A stretch of 64,000 nt of DNA from Bdellovibrionales bacterium (GTDB lineage Bacteria > Bdellovibrionota > Bdellovibrionia > Bdellovibrionales > Bdellovibrionaceae): NCBI GenBank assembly GCA_031370005.1, contig JANMPT010000028.1, forward strand, positions 128,001 through 192,000, read 5' to 3'. The position numbers and the translations under genes were made by a program. Shown here piece by piece: positions 10,180 through 19,795 of this stretch (positions are counted from its first letter, which is position 1; every line of letters begins with the position of its first letter). A model generated the notes under the pieces. It worked only from the letters and a program-made list of their open reading frames with translations, ran no database searches and had not been told where the DNA came from.

Positions 10180-11053
10180 AATTGGCTCTTATGAAATCTG
10201 TCCGATCCCCACGGGAATTTTTGGCCTTGATGGTGGCGCAATGTTTGGAACAGTCCCAAAAATTCTTTGGGAAAAAAGCAACCCACCAGATGATAAAAAC
10301 CGCATACAAATGGAAGCCCGTGGATTGCTACTTAAATCTCCTGGCTGCAATATTCTGATTGATTGTGGAAATGGCGGACATTTTGTTGCAAAATATGGGG
10401 AAAAACTTGGTACGAAATTCAATGAGATGTACAATATTGATGACGAAGGCCCTGGCCTTGAAAAATCTCTGAAGGCTCACGGCCTTGGTCTCGACGATAT
10501 AAACCACGTGATCCTGACTCATTTTCATTTTGACCATGCCGGTGGTGCGACGGTTGAAAAGGACCACAAACTTGTGCCGACTTTTTCAAAAGCTAAGTAC
10601 TATGTGCAAAAAGAAAATCTCGAAACGGCAAGCCATCCAAATCTGCGAGAAAGAGCAAGCTACTTTCCAGCAAATTATCAGCCTCTGATTGAGGCCGGAG
10701 CCCTAACGATCCTAAACGGCCCCGAAGAAAATTTACTACCAGGAGTTTCAACACTCATCTCAAATGGCCACACTCAAGGTCAACAGCTAGTCAAGGTCAC
10801 TGACGGCCATACCACTTTGTTATACTGTGGCGACGTCATCCCGACCAGCTCCCATGTAAGAGTGCCTTGGCTTATGGGCTATGATTTGCATCCGCTCCTC
10901 TTAATGGAGGAAAAACAGAAGTATCTTTCAGTGGCCGCAGATCACTGCTGGTATTTGTTCTTTGAACATGATCCTTACTGCGATTCCGCACTGATTGAAA
11001 AAAAAGGCACTGACTTTAATGTAAAGGAACGCTACTGGTTATCGGATGATTAA
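10154..11053 (+). CDS. MBL-fold metallo-hydrolase
   Basis: LDGGAMFGTVPK, THFHFDHAGG, GHT; ATG 10154 after AGGAGG. Confidence 0.9.
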   Translation: MNTQNLKLKIGSYEICPIPTGIFGLDGGAMFGTVPKILWEKSNPPDDKNRIQMEARGLLLKSPGCNILIDCGNGGHFVAKYGEKLGTKFNEMYNIDDEGPGLEKSLKAHGLGLDDINHVILTHFHFDHAGGATVEKDHKLVPTFSKAKYYVQKENLETASHPNLRERASYFPANYQPLIEAGALTILNGPEENLLPGVSTLISNGHTQGQQLVKVTDGHTTLLYCGDVIPTSSHVRVPWLMGYDLHPLLLMEEKQKYLSVAADHCWYLFFEHDPYCDSALIEKKGTDFNVKERYWLSDD

Positions 11054-11885
11054 GAGATCCCGCTCGCTTTTACGGCTTTTCTTCAAAAAGATCCCTCTGA
11101 TGGGAAAAGACATTGTCGATCAGTTTCGCGATGGCGAAATTCAACTGGTAGCGGCCTCCTTGTCCTTTTCTACTCTTTTATCAATAGTCCCTTTCTTAGC
11201 CGTAATTCTAGCGACCTTTAAATTCTTAGGTGGCGACGACATTTTATATTCCCGCGTGGAGAATCTGGTGCTGCTTTATTTTAAGGAGGCGGCGGGGCCA
11301 CAGTTTGCTTTGATCATTAAAACTGCAATCCGCAACATCCATGCCGGGGGCTTAGGACTTGTTAGTGCAGTTTTTTTAGTTTTAACAAGTTTTCGGCTGA
11401 TGCATGAAATGGAATATGGAATCCTTCGAGTGTGGAACCAAAAAAATACGCGACCTTTATTAAAGCGTTTTTTCGTCTATTGGTTTCTGGTGATTATATT
11501 GCCTGTTTTTTTAGCAATCTATGTAGGTTTCACAACCCTGGTCCGTATGCAGTTTGGGCGACAATACCTGCCGGGCGCTCTATCGGGAATGTCCACACTC
11601 TGTTTGGTCTTATATTTAACTTATAAATACGTGCCTGATATAAAGGTAAAGACTAAATCAGCCCTTTTTTCGGCCCTGCTGGCCTCTCTTGGTCTATTTG
11701 TAGTTCAGAGTACCTTCACCTGGGTCGCGATAAAGCTTTTCCGCATGAACAATATCTATGGAAGCTTTGCGGCCCTACCGATTTTTTTGATTTGGGTACT
11801 CACAATTTGGTTTGTAATTTTGGGTGGCGTGGCTATCTGCGCCTCAACCCAAAGACGCCAATTGTTAGAGAATGACTTGACTTAG
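11046..11885 (+). CDS. YihY/BrkB family membrane protein
   Basis: AASLSFSTLLSIVP, IYGSFAALPIFLIW. Confidence 0.88.
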   Translation: MIKRSRSLLRLFFKKIPLMGKDIVDQFRDGEIQLVAASLSFSTLLSIVPFLAVILATFKFLGGDDILYSRVENLVLLYFKEAAGPQFALIIKTAIRNIHAGGLGLVSAVFLVLTSFRLMHEMEYGILRVWNQKNTRPLLKRFFVYWFLVIILPVFLAIYVGFTTLVRMQFGRQYLPGALSGMSTLCLVLYLTYKYVPDIKVKTKSALFSALLASLGLFVVQSTFTWVAIKLFRMNNIYGSFAALPIFLIWVLTIWFVILGGVAICASTQRRQLLENDLT

Positions 11886-11926
11886 AGCGTCCCAATTCAT
11901 AAACCTTAAAACTCGAATTTCATCTC

Positions 11927-11966
11927 GGTGCTGTAGCTCAGCTGGATAGAGCAATTGCCTTCTAAG
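11927..11966 (+). pseudogene. 5' half of tRNA-Arg(UCU), ending just after the anticodon loop
   Basis: GGTGCTGTAGCTCAGCTGGATAGAGCAATTGCCTTCTAAG matches 12061-12100 at 37/40; no T-arm or 3' acceptor strand follows. Confidence 0.85.
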
Positions 11967-12060
11967 GTGTTGCTCCATTGTACGGTAGCTGAAAGGACTA
12001 AGGTTTTTTGGATATTTTTTTTTGTGACAGTGATTTTGACAGTTGAACGTTCTTTGAAAT

Positions 12061-12137
12061 GGTACCGTAGCTCAGTTGGATAGAGCAATTGCCTTCTAAG
12101 CAATAGGTCCCTGGTTCGAATCCAGGCGGTATCACCA
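12061..12137 (+). tRNA. tRNA-Arg (anticodon TCT)
   Basis: Cloverleaf: GGTACCG/CGGTATC acceptor, ATTGC-CTTCTAA-GCAAT anticodon arm, CCTGG-TTCGAAT-CCAGG T arm, encoded CCA. Confidence 0.97.
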
Positions 12138-12178
12138 ATTTCTCTTTTTTTTTCAATAACTTACAATTTCGATTTTTT

Positions 12179-12210
12179 CTACTGTCAGCGTTTTTCATCG
12201 CTGACAGTAG
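12179..12210. repeat. Perfect 12-bp inverted repeat
   Basis: CTACTGTCAGCG-N8-CGCTGACAGTAG; TGACAGT also occurs twice upstream of the tRNA (12025, 12037). Confidence 0.8.
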
Positions 12211-12500
12211 GGCTAGAAGGTAACGACCATGCCGAGGAATGCATCATTAGAGCCAAAGCCCGACGCAAGCGCCAGCGCTTCAAGAAACCAAAACGTCTGT
12301 GACAACTTCAAGTTTTCAGAGCTTGAAGAACTATTCTTAGAGCAGTGGAAAGGTTTTTTCACTCCAGACAGATTTCGCTTACGGACTTGCTCGAAGACTC
12401 TGGTCAATGGGGCCTTTGCGAACGCCGAGATGCTCCGCAAACTCGAATCTTGAATCGAGAGTCTTGCCCTTGCTGCAAAAAATTCTGTTTAGATTTTTAA

Positions 12501-12887
12501 ATGAAGATGACGAGTTTTATTTTTCTCATAGTTTTTTTTAATTCAACGAGCTGGGCACAAATAAACGAACTCGAAATTCAAAGAGAAGACGTAAGGCAAG
12601 TTCTTCGGACTCGTGCTTGTGGAGTCTGCCATATTCCACTTGGAAACGAAAAGGCTCTGAAAATCTATAATTTGGACAATGCAAATTGGTATATGACTCT
12701 TTCAGACAAGCAATTGGAGCAATTTAAATGGCGCATTCTAGTCAAAGGCGATGAAATAAAAGAGATGCACGGCAATCCGAAAAAGCACCAATTTACTGAA
12801 TTTGAGATTCAAGCTGTCACCAAGTACGTTGATACTGAAATCAAAAGTCGAGATCCAATCAAAAATTTTCTACATCTAATCAGATAG
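12501..12887 (+). CDS. Secreted monoheme c-type cytochrome-like protein
   Basis: Signal peptide plus a single CGVCH motif. Confidence 0.65.
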   Translation: MKMTSFIFLIVFFNSTSWAQINELEIQREDVRQVLRTRACGVCHIPLGNEKALKIYNLDNANWYMTLSDKQLEQFKWRILVKGDEIKEMHGNPKKHQFTEFEIQAVTKYVDTEIKSRDPIKNFLHLIR

Positions 12888-13033
12888 TCGCTCTGACGAA
12901 GGTCGAGATCATTTTCGCGAAGCCAGTTGCGTAGAAGGCTGCATTTCCGGCATAAAATGCAGATCTTCATGCAAATAGCCAAATGTTTCATTATGAGAAA
13001 ACTTTCTTTATCATGTGTTTACAATCACTTATG

Positions 13034-13093
13034 ATGTAAATTACATGACATTTAAATAATTTTCTTTACATTTAAAAGGCTCTCGCCGATACT
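13034..13093 (+). promoter_or_regulatory. Candidate promoter and operator of the AbiE operon
   Basis: Palindrome ATGTAA-A-TTACAT (13034-13046); TTTACA-N17-GATACT (13065-13093). Confidence 0.45.
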
Positions 13094-13116
13094 ATCATTG
13101 GAGAAATGAGACGTTT

Positions 13117-13704
13117 ATGAACGCTTTAGAGAGAATGAAAAAATATCTAGTTCCAGGACAAGCCTATCGCAGAAGCGAGCTTGCCGCTCTTTCTTCAAAT
13201 GTTGATAGAAATCTCCATTCTCTAGTAAAGGAAGGTTTCCTAAAAAAACTCTCTACAGGTCTTTATCTCGCTCCTAAAAAAACAGCCTTTGGAGATGCTT
13301 TACCAGAAGAGAACTCTTTGCTTGAAACATTTCTCAACGACGACCATTTTGTTGTTTATAGCCCAAGTCAGTTCAACTCCCTGGGATTAGGCTCTACGCA
13401 ACTTTATAACTTAAGAGTAGTCTTCAATCGAAAAAGAACTGGCGAACTTACTGTTGGCGGCAGAACGTATTCTTTCAAACTTTGGAGAGAAGCTCCCAAG
13501 GCGTTGTCCGAAGAATTTTTAGTTGTTGAGTTGCTAAATAGAATAAATGAACTTGCCGAAGATCGCGAGGCTTTGCTTGCAAGACTTCGAGAAAAGCTTC
13601 CTACCTTCAATAAGGCGAAATTGCATAATGCTGCCAATCGCTTTGGAACTTTATCTGCTCAGAAAAAACTAAAAACGCTTCTACAAGATCAACAAAAGGC
13701 CTAA
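13117..13704 (+). CDS. AbiEi-like type IV antitoxin / transcriptional regulator
   Basis: N-terminal wHTH (L..LVKEG.LKKLSTGLY..P); directly upstream of an AbiEii gene. Confidence 0.8.
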   Translation: MNALERMKKYLVPGQAYRRSELAALSSNVDRNLHSLVKEGFLKKLSTGLYLAPKKTAFGDALPEENSLLETFLNDDHFVVYSPSQFNSLGLGSTQLYNLRVVFNRKRTGELTVGGRTYSFKLWREAPKALSEEFLVVELLNRINELAEDREALLARLREKLPTFNKAKLHNAANRFGTLSAQKKLKTLLQDQQKA

Positions 13705-13709
13705 AGACA

Positions 13710-14684
13710 ATGGCAAATTTTCTTCATGAACATGCAGACTTTAAAGCCCTTTTGGAGATAGTAGCTCAAGAGCAAAATATTAAAGATCCGTATTTGGTCG
13801 AAAAAGACTATTGGATCATGCATTGCCTCTGGGGACTCGCTGACTTAGGCCTTAAGTTTGAGCTAAAAGGTGGAACTTCGCTTTCAAAAGGTTATCAATG
13901 CATTAACCGTTTTTCTGAAGACATTGATATAAAAATTAATCCTCATACGCTTTATAAAGAGCCACTTTTTATTGGGAAAAACCAACAGAATGACAAACAC
14001 ATTGAATCACGCAAAAAATTTTTTGAGTGGATTCGAAGTTTTCTAGATGAAAAAATCCACGGACTAACTTCGGTAATTCATGATACGAATTTTGATGATG
14101 AAGATTCTCGAAGTTGCGGCATTAGGCTAATTTACAAATCGCACTTTGGAATACCCACTGGTGGATTGAAAGAAGGCGTTTTATTAGAAATTGGTTTTGA
14201 TACAACTACACCAAATCAACCATTAGATATTTGCTCTTGGGCTCTAGAAAAAGCACGAGGTACACCGAGCGTTGATGTCAAAGACAACAGCGCAAAAGGC
14301 GTTATTTGTTATGAGCCAAAGCATACATTTGTTGAAAAGCTTCAGGCTGTCGTAAAAAAATTTAAGCAATACAAAGATGGAAAAAAAGGGAAAGGAAACC
14401 TGCCTGAAAATTTCATCAGGCACTATTACGATTTGTACCAATTGATTGACAGAAAAGATGTACAAGAATTTATTGGGACGCCCCAATACAATGAATTTAA
14501 AAAGGAACGCTTTAAGTCGTTAGATAATAAAGTTTCGAATAGCGATGCGTTCAAATTATCAAACGCAGAAGACAAAACTATCTTTGAAAAAGAGTACAAT
14601 CGAAGCTCAGATCTGTATTACAGGGGTCGCCCAACCCTTGACGAAATCCTCCAGAGATTCGCCAAGGACTTAGAACGTCTTTAA
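13710..14684 (+). CDS. AbiEii/AbiGii family nucleotidyltransferase toxin
   Basis: LVEKDYW, LKGGTSLSKGY, RFSEDID, TFVEKL, RHYYDL motifs. Confidence 0.92.
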   Translation: MANFLHEHADFKALLEIVAQEQNIKDPYLVEKDYWIMHCLWGLADLGLKFELKGGTSLSKGYQCINRFSEDIDIKINPHTLYKEPLFIGKNQQNDKHIESRKKFFEWIRSFLDEKIHGLTSVIHDTNFDDEDSRSCGIRLIYKSHFGIPTGGLKEGVLLEIGFDTTTPNQPLDICSWALEKARGTPSVDVKDNSAKGVICYEPKHTFVEKLQAVVKKFKQYKDGKKGKGNLPENFIRHYYDLYQLIDRKDVQEFIGTPQYNEFKKERFKSLDNKVSNSDAFKLSNAEDKTIFEKEYNRSSDLYYRGRPTLDEILQRFAKDLERL

Positions 14685-15008
14685 TACATTTCGTTTTTAC
14701 TTTGATGCAATATCCATTCGAAAAAATTCATTTTCAGAAAATTAAATGCCAATTTCAATGTAGCAAAAAATAGAAAAGGGCCATTACGCAAAACCGTAAG
14801 GTGTTTCAATTTAACTCCTCAACAAAGAAAACGCCAATTCTTCACTCACACTTTTTCAAACATAAAGATCTCTATAACCCAAAAATGCAAATTACACATC
14901 AAAATGAAACTAGTTATGTAATGTTTTATATACTACGTGGGTCGGATAATCATGACACACCTTCTTGCCGAAGAGTCCGACTCTGAATATTGGCGTTGAT
15001 AAGCTTCA

Positions 15009-15134
15009 TTATTTCTTTGAAATCTTATTAATCAAGACAGCCAGCAAGACCACCACCAGGACGCCGATCACAGGCCAAATCCACATCCCTCCAACCATCG
15101 CACCATTCATCCAACCAACTCTATAATTCATCAT
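15009..15134 (-). CDS. Small 41-aa single-pass membrane protein
   Basis: Below ORF-track cutoff: MMNYRVGWMNGAMVGGMWIWPVIGVLVVVLLAVLINKISKK; Met/Gly-rich head, TM helix, basic tail. Confidence 0.7.
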   Translation of the reverse strand: MMNYRVGWMNGAMVGGMWIWPVIGVLVVVLLAVLINKISKK

Positions 15135-15323
15135 AAAGACCAACACTCTCTTTAGCGTATTTTATGAGACCCTATATTCCAGATCGCCAGTTCTTCAAAT
15201 CAACAATTAAAAGGCGAAAAGTCCTTTCGCTAAGGTTCTACGCTACTATGAAATTATTATGAAGATGTGATAAGTCGTTGCTGTTTTAAGCCAGAGCAAT
15301 GAAAAATCAGGTTAATTGGCACT

Positions 15324-18300
15324 CTATTTAGTCTTTCCTTCTTCAAGCCAAATGTACAATGCGGGCAACAAAATAAGTGTCAACAATGTAGAAGAAATTA
15401 GTCCTCCAATGACAACAGTCGCCAGTGGCCTTTGAACTTCTGCGCCCATCCCAGTATTTAAAGCCATTGGAAGAAATCCAAGTCCAGCCACAAGTGCCGT
15501 CATAATCACCGGGCGGAGTCTTGTCGTGGCCCCAAAAATAACTGCATCCCGTACCGCCACACCCTTTACACGCTGCTGATTGATGAAGTCCACAAGTACC
15601 ATGCTATTTAAAATAGCGATTCCCAAGAGGGCGATAAAACCCACCCCGGCAGAAATACTAAATGAAATTCCGCGAAGATATAGTGACAGTATTCCCCCTG
15701 TAACAGCCAGTGGAATACTGCTATATACCAGCAACGTTAACCTTATGCTTTCAAAGTTTTTAAGCAAAATCATAAAAATGATCAAAAGGGTGATCGGCAC
15801 AATCAAGAGCAATCTCAGTCTTGCCTTCTCGAGATTTTTAAATTGCCCACCCCAATCAAGAGTATATCCCTTTTCGAGGTTTAATTCCGACTCTATTTTT
15901 TTCTTGGCCTCAGTCACGAAACTCGCAACATCCCTGTCCTTTAAAAAAATTGAGAGTGCCGCATACCTTTTCGAATAACTTCTAGCTATTGTTGTCACTT
16001 GCTCAGTTTGATCAAAACTTGCAATTGATTTAAGAGGGACACTCCCACCGTCAGGCAATCCAATGGGTATGTTTTCAATAAACTTAGGAGACTCCCTTTG
16101 CTCTTCGGAAAGATGAAGTATAATTGGAAATCGTCGGTCTGCCTCGTGGAAATTTCCCACCCGAATTCCCCCCATAGCCATTTGTAAAGTACTATTGGCT
16201 TCACTCAGACTTACTCCTAACTTCGCCATTTTTTCATAGTTAAGATTAATGTCCAACATAGGACTTTTTCTTAAAGCAGTGAGCGCGTCCATCTCGGACT
16301 CATCAACTCCTTCAATTTTTTCTATAATCTCTTTTGACCTATCAATATACTCGACCAACTTATTCAGGTCTGGTCCAAATATCCTCAACGCGACATCAGC
16401 TCTACTGCCCTCTAATATCTCGTTGAACCTCATCTCAATGGGTTGTGAGGGGCTAAACTCGTGCCCTGGCAGCTCTTTTTTAATTCTGTCAGCGATCACC
16501 TCATATAGCTCATTCTTTGTCCTAGCCCGAACCGTCCCATCTTCCATTTTAATTTTTGGCCACTGATCGTGATCTTTTTTTAGAATTATAAAGGTATCTG
16601 CAAAATTCACTCCCATTGGATCGGTTGCAGATTCTGGTGTACCCATTCTGGAAAATGCTATGTCTACCTCAGGAAAGGTCCTAATGATCACTTCCGCTTT
16701 ATTTTGTTCTTTAATCGACTCATCTATACCAATGCCAGTGTCCCTAACAAGTCCGATGACAAGATCCCCTTCGTCGAGTTGAGGTATGAAATCAGACCCG
16801 AGATGCGTAAATAAAAAACCACAAACCAAGGCAAAGCCAATCGCACAGCTTACAACAATATTTCTATTCTGAATTCCAAAAAAAAGCATGGGTCTGTATA
16901 ACCTACTTATAGCGGAAAAAGCTTTGGGCTCCTGATGCACACCTGTACTCTTCGGGAATTTAATAAATATAAAGCCTAATATCGGCATAAGCATGAACGC
17001 AATTAAGAGACTTGCCCCCAGGGCCATCAAGACAGTCATTGCCATAGGATGAAACATCTTCCCTTCAATGCCCTCAAGGGCCAAAATAGGAACATAGACC
17101 ACCATAATTATGAAAAGACCAAGGACAACTGGCTTTGCCACCTCAAGAGCCGAGTCTTTTACCAGCTCCAATTTCTGAGCAATAGACAGACTCTGAGGGT
17201 TTATTTGTTCTTCAAAACGCCGCAAAAGATTTTCTATCATAACAACAGAGCCATCGACAAGAAGTCCGAAATCTATCGCACCTAATGACATAAGATTCGC
17301 TGAAATCCCAAAGAACCTCATACCAATAAAAGCAAAAAGCATCGATACAGGGATTGATAAAGCCACCAAAACTGATGCGCGAAAGTTGCCAAGTAGCAAA
17401 AGTAACACGACTATGACGAGGGCGGCCCCCTCTGCCAGGCTTTTTGCGACAGTTTTAATTGTTTGATTGACTAGAAAACTGCGCGTATAGACAACATCAA
17501 TTTGGACATCATCAGGAAGTTGAAGCTTATTAATAGCCTCTACTACATCGATAGAGACCTCACGACTATTAGCTCCGATATACATAAGGGCAGTACCAAG
17601 CACCGTCTCACGTCCGTTATAAGTGGCCGCACCAAGACGCTGTGAGTGATCTTCTCTGACATTTGCCACCTTGCTTAGAGGAACCACTTCGCCACGAACT
17701 CCAATTTTAATCGGTATTTTTTCAATTATTTTAAGATCTGGAAGCTTACTTGAGGCGCGAACAATAATTTGCCTTCCATTCTCTTGAATATACCCCCCAC
17801 CGTAACTATCACCAATCGTCTGTAGCTTCTTGTAAAGATCTTCAAAAGTAATCCCATATTTCTCCATGGCCAAAATGTCGGCATTCACGTGTATTTCTTT
17901 TCTGTAACCACCCGAGCTATCTACCTCAGCTATACCAGAAACTTTCTTAAGTTGAGCCCTGACAATATAGTCCTGAATCGTCCTTAGATAGAGAAGTCTT
18001 TGTTTTTCAGGAGTCTTCTCTAGGTCCGATCCTGGCCTGGCAACCACAGTGTACATCACCACCTCGCCGAGTCCGGTCGTCACTGGAGCAAGCTCTGGGG
18101 TAACCCCCTCTGGTAACAGTTCCCTTAGGTTTTGAAGTCGCTGCGACACCTGCTGGCGAACAAAATAGAGGTCTGTTCCATCCTTGAACACCAGTATGAC
18201 TTGAGATAACCCATACTTTGAAATAGAACGTATGTCCTCTAGACCATGCAGCCCTGACATTTCAGTTTCGACAACTGAAGTTACCGTCTTCTCAATTTTT

Positions 18301-18476
18301 TCAGGATCCAGAGCCCCCGTCTTTGCATTAATCATAACTTGTACATTAGTAATGTCTGGAACCGCATCAATCGGCAGTTTAGTTACCTCAAATAAACCCC
18401 ACAGGCTTCCTACAGCAAACATACCTACAATCCACGTACGGTTCTTGAATGTGGTTTCGATGATACTTTTAAACAT
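15324..18476 (-). CDS. CzcA-type heavy-metal RND efflux permease
   Basis: LPIDAVPDITNVQV; TM4 GAIDFGLLVDGSVVMIEN; GAEVQRPLATVVIGG. Confidence 0.93.
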   Translation of the reverse strand: MFKSIIETTFKNRTWIVGMFAVGSLWGLFEVTKLPIDAVPDITNVQVMINAKTGALDPEKIEKTVTSVVETEMSGLHGLEDIRSISKYGLSQVILVFKDGTDLYFVRQQVSQRLQNLRELLPEGVTPELAPVTTGLGEVVMYTVVARPGSDLEKTPEKQRLLYLRTIQDYIVRAQLKKVSGIAEVDSSGGYRKEIHVNADILAMEKYGITFEDLYKKLQTIGDSYGGGYIQENGRQIIVRASSKLPDLKIIEKIPIKIGVRGEVVPLSKVANVREDHSQRLGAATYNGRETVLGTALMYIGANSREVSIDVVEAINKLQLPDDVQIDVVYTRSFLVNQTIKTVAKSLAEGAALVIVVLLLLLGNFRASVLVALSIPVSMLFAFIGMRFFGISANLMSLGAIDFGLLVDGSVVMIENLLRRFEEQINPQSLSIAQKLELVKDSALEVAKPVVLGLFIIMVVYVPILALEGIEGKMFHPMAMTVLMALGASLLIAFMLMPILGFIFIKFPKSTGVHQEPKAFSAISRLYRPMLFFGIQNRNIVVSCAIGFALVCGFLFTHLGSDFIPQLDEGDLVIGLVRDTGIGIDESIKEQNKAEVIIRTFPEVDIAFSRMGTPESATDPMGVNFADTFIILKKDHDQWPKIKMEDGTVRARTKNELYEVIADRIKKELPGHEFSPSQPIEMRFNEILEGSRADVALRIFGPDLNKLVEYIDRSKEIIEKIEGVDESEMDALTALRKSPMLDINLNYEKMAKLGVSLSEANSTLQMAMGGIRVGNFHEADRRFPIILHLSEEQRESPKFIENIPIGLPDGGSVPLKSIASFDQTEQVTTIARSYSKRYAALSIFLKDRDVASFVTEAKKKIESELNLEKGYTLDWGGQFKNLEKARLRLLLIVPITLLIIFMILLKNFESIRLTLLVYSSIPLAVTGGILSLYLRGISFSISAGVGFIALLGIAILNSMVLVDFINQQRVKGVAVRDAVIFGATTRLRPVIMTALVAGLGFLPMALNTGMGAEVQRPLATVVIGGLISSTLLTLILLPALYIWLEEGKTK

Positions 18477-18479
18477 AAA

Positions 18480-19715
18480 TTATTTCTCCAAGAAAAGCTG
18501 CTCTTCACCGGTCAAAGTTTGCAAGTTCGAGATGCTTTTGACGACATCAAGTTGTGCATCAAAAATAGCAGATACGCTTTCAAAATGCTGAGTATCAGCC
18601 TCTAAATATGTTAAAAGATCAACTTGACCTCTCATAAAGCCGCGATCCGTTTCCCGAATCGATTTTTCCAGATCTTTCACTTTTTGAACCGCTAGCCCAG
18701 CTAACAACTTTTTTGCAAGCTGAAATTCTAAAAATGCTGAGTTAATACTTTTAAGGGTTTGCTCTTTTAAATAACTTAATCGCTCCCATTCTGATCTAAG
18801 CCTGAAGCTGGTCGCCGCCCTCGAGGCACGATTCGTATTAAAAAATGGCAAGGGAAATGAAACTCCCAATCCATAAATTTTCTCAGGACTATAACCTGAA
18901 CTAGCTGAATAACCTCCAGAAACGGTTAAGCTTGGCCACGACTCAACTTTTGCAAGTTCGACTTCATCTTTTGATTGTTGCAATTTAATATTTTGCACTT
19001 GCAATTCGAGACTGTTAGAGATCGCTCTCACGGTGAGATTTTGTATTGCTAAATCGGGCCCTTTTTCGTACCAAGAAATACTAATATCTGGTTCTGAAGT
19101 CAGCTTTAAATACGAATTAAGTTCATTCCAAAGATTCTCTTTTTGGCTTTGAATATGAAGCAGCTCTCTTTGCAAAACAAGTAGCTTCCCTACCACAATA
19201 CTCGCTTCAGTCTTTTTCTGAGGAGACGCAAAAACTCTGAACTTTAAAAAAGACTCGACTGTCTGAAATCTCACTAATCTTTCAGAGGCATAGCTAAACT
19301 TTTTCTTCGCTATTTCGTATTCATAAATTAAATTCAACAGCTTGGAACGTAGCTCAATCTCCTTATTTCTCAATTCAGCTTTGGCAATTTCAAAATCCCC
19401 ATGTGTTATCTTTTGCTTCGACGAAAACTTCCCAGGCATATACAAAGTCTGAGAAAAACCATAACGAATTAAGTCTGTATCTCCGCCAGGTTCTTTTTTA
19501 CTCTCCGTTGAAATATCAAATTTTGGATTTTCCCACTCAGCCGCTTGATCGGAAAGCTTTTGCTTCTCTTCAACAATCAAGCGCTGAGAGCTAATAAGAT
19601 AGCTATTTTTAAGACCTATCTCTATTAATTTAGCCGGAGTGACTGTTTCAGCACTGGCACTCGTCGCATGCCCAATGATACAAGTTAGAATAAATCTACG
19701 CACATTGATTCGCAT
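18480..19715 (-). CDS. TolC/CzcC-family outer membrane efflux protein
   Basis: Signal peptide, two OEP-like repeats, GVSFPLPFFNTNR; 3 nt from the RND start. Confidence 0.85.
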   Translation of the reverse strand: MRINVRRFILTCIIGHATSASAETVTPAKLIEIGLKNSYLISSQRLIVEEKQKLSDQAAEWENPKFDISTESKKEPGGDTDLIRYGFSQTLYMPGKFSSKQKITHGDFEIAKAELRNKEIELRSKLLNLIYEYEIAKKKFSYASERLVRFQTVESFLKFRVFASPQKKTEASIVVGKLLVLQRELLHIQSQKENLWNELNSYLKLTSEPDISISWYEKGPDLAIQNLTVRAISNSLELQVQNIKLQQSKDEVELAKVESWPSLTVSGGYSASSGYSPEKIYGLGVSFPLPFFNTNRASRAATSFRLRSEWERLSYLKEQTLKSINSAFLEFQLAKKLLAGLAVQKVKDLEKSIRETDRGFMRGQVDLLTYLEADTQHFESVSAIFDAQLDVVKSISNLQTLTGEEQLFLEK

Positions 19716-19795
19716 AATAATCCTCGGATTAATTGTTTAAAGATCAATACGAACGCCTTTTCGTGATCCAAATTTCATCTTTTATTTTAAAACAA

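Noticed and set aside
11927..12137. Intron-split tRNA-Arg
   Set aside because: The downstream copy is already complete, and the 94-nt spacer is too short and T-rich for a group I intron.
12229..12453. 74-aa ORF after the tRNA (possible integrase or excisionase remnant)
   Set aside because: No recognisable motif; cannot be supported beyond being open.
14801..14986. 61-aa ORF in AT-rich spacer
   Set aside because: No RBS or motif; probably spurious.
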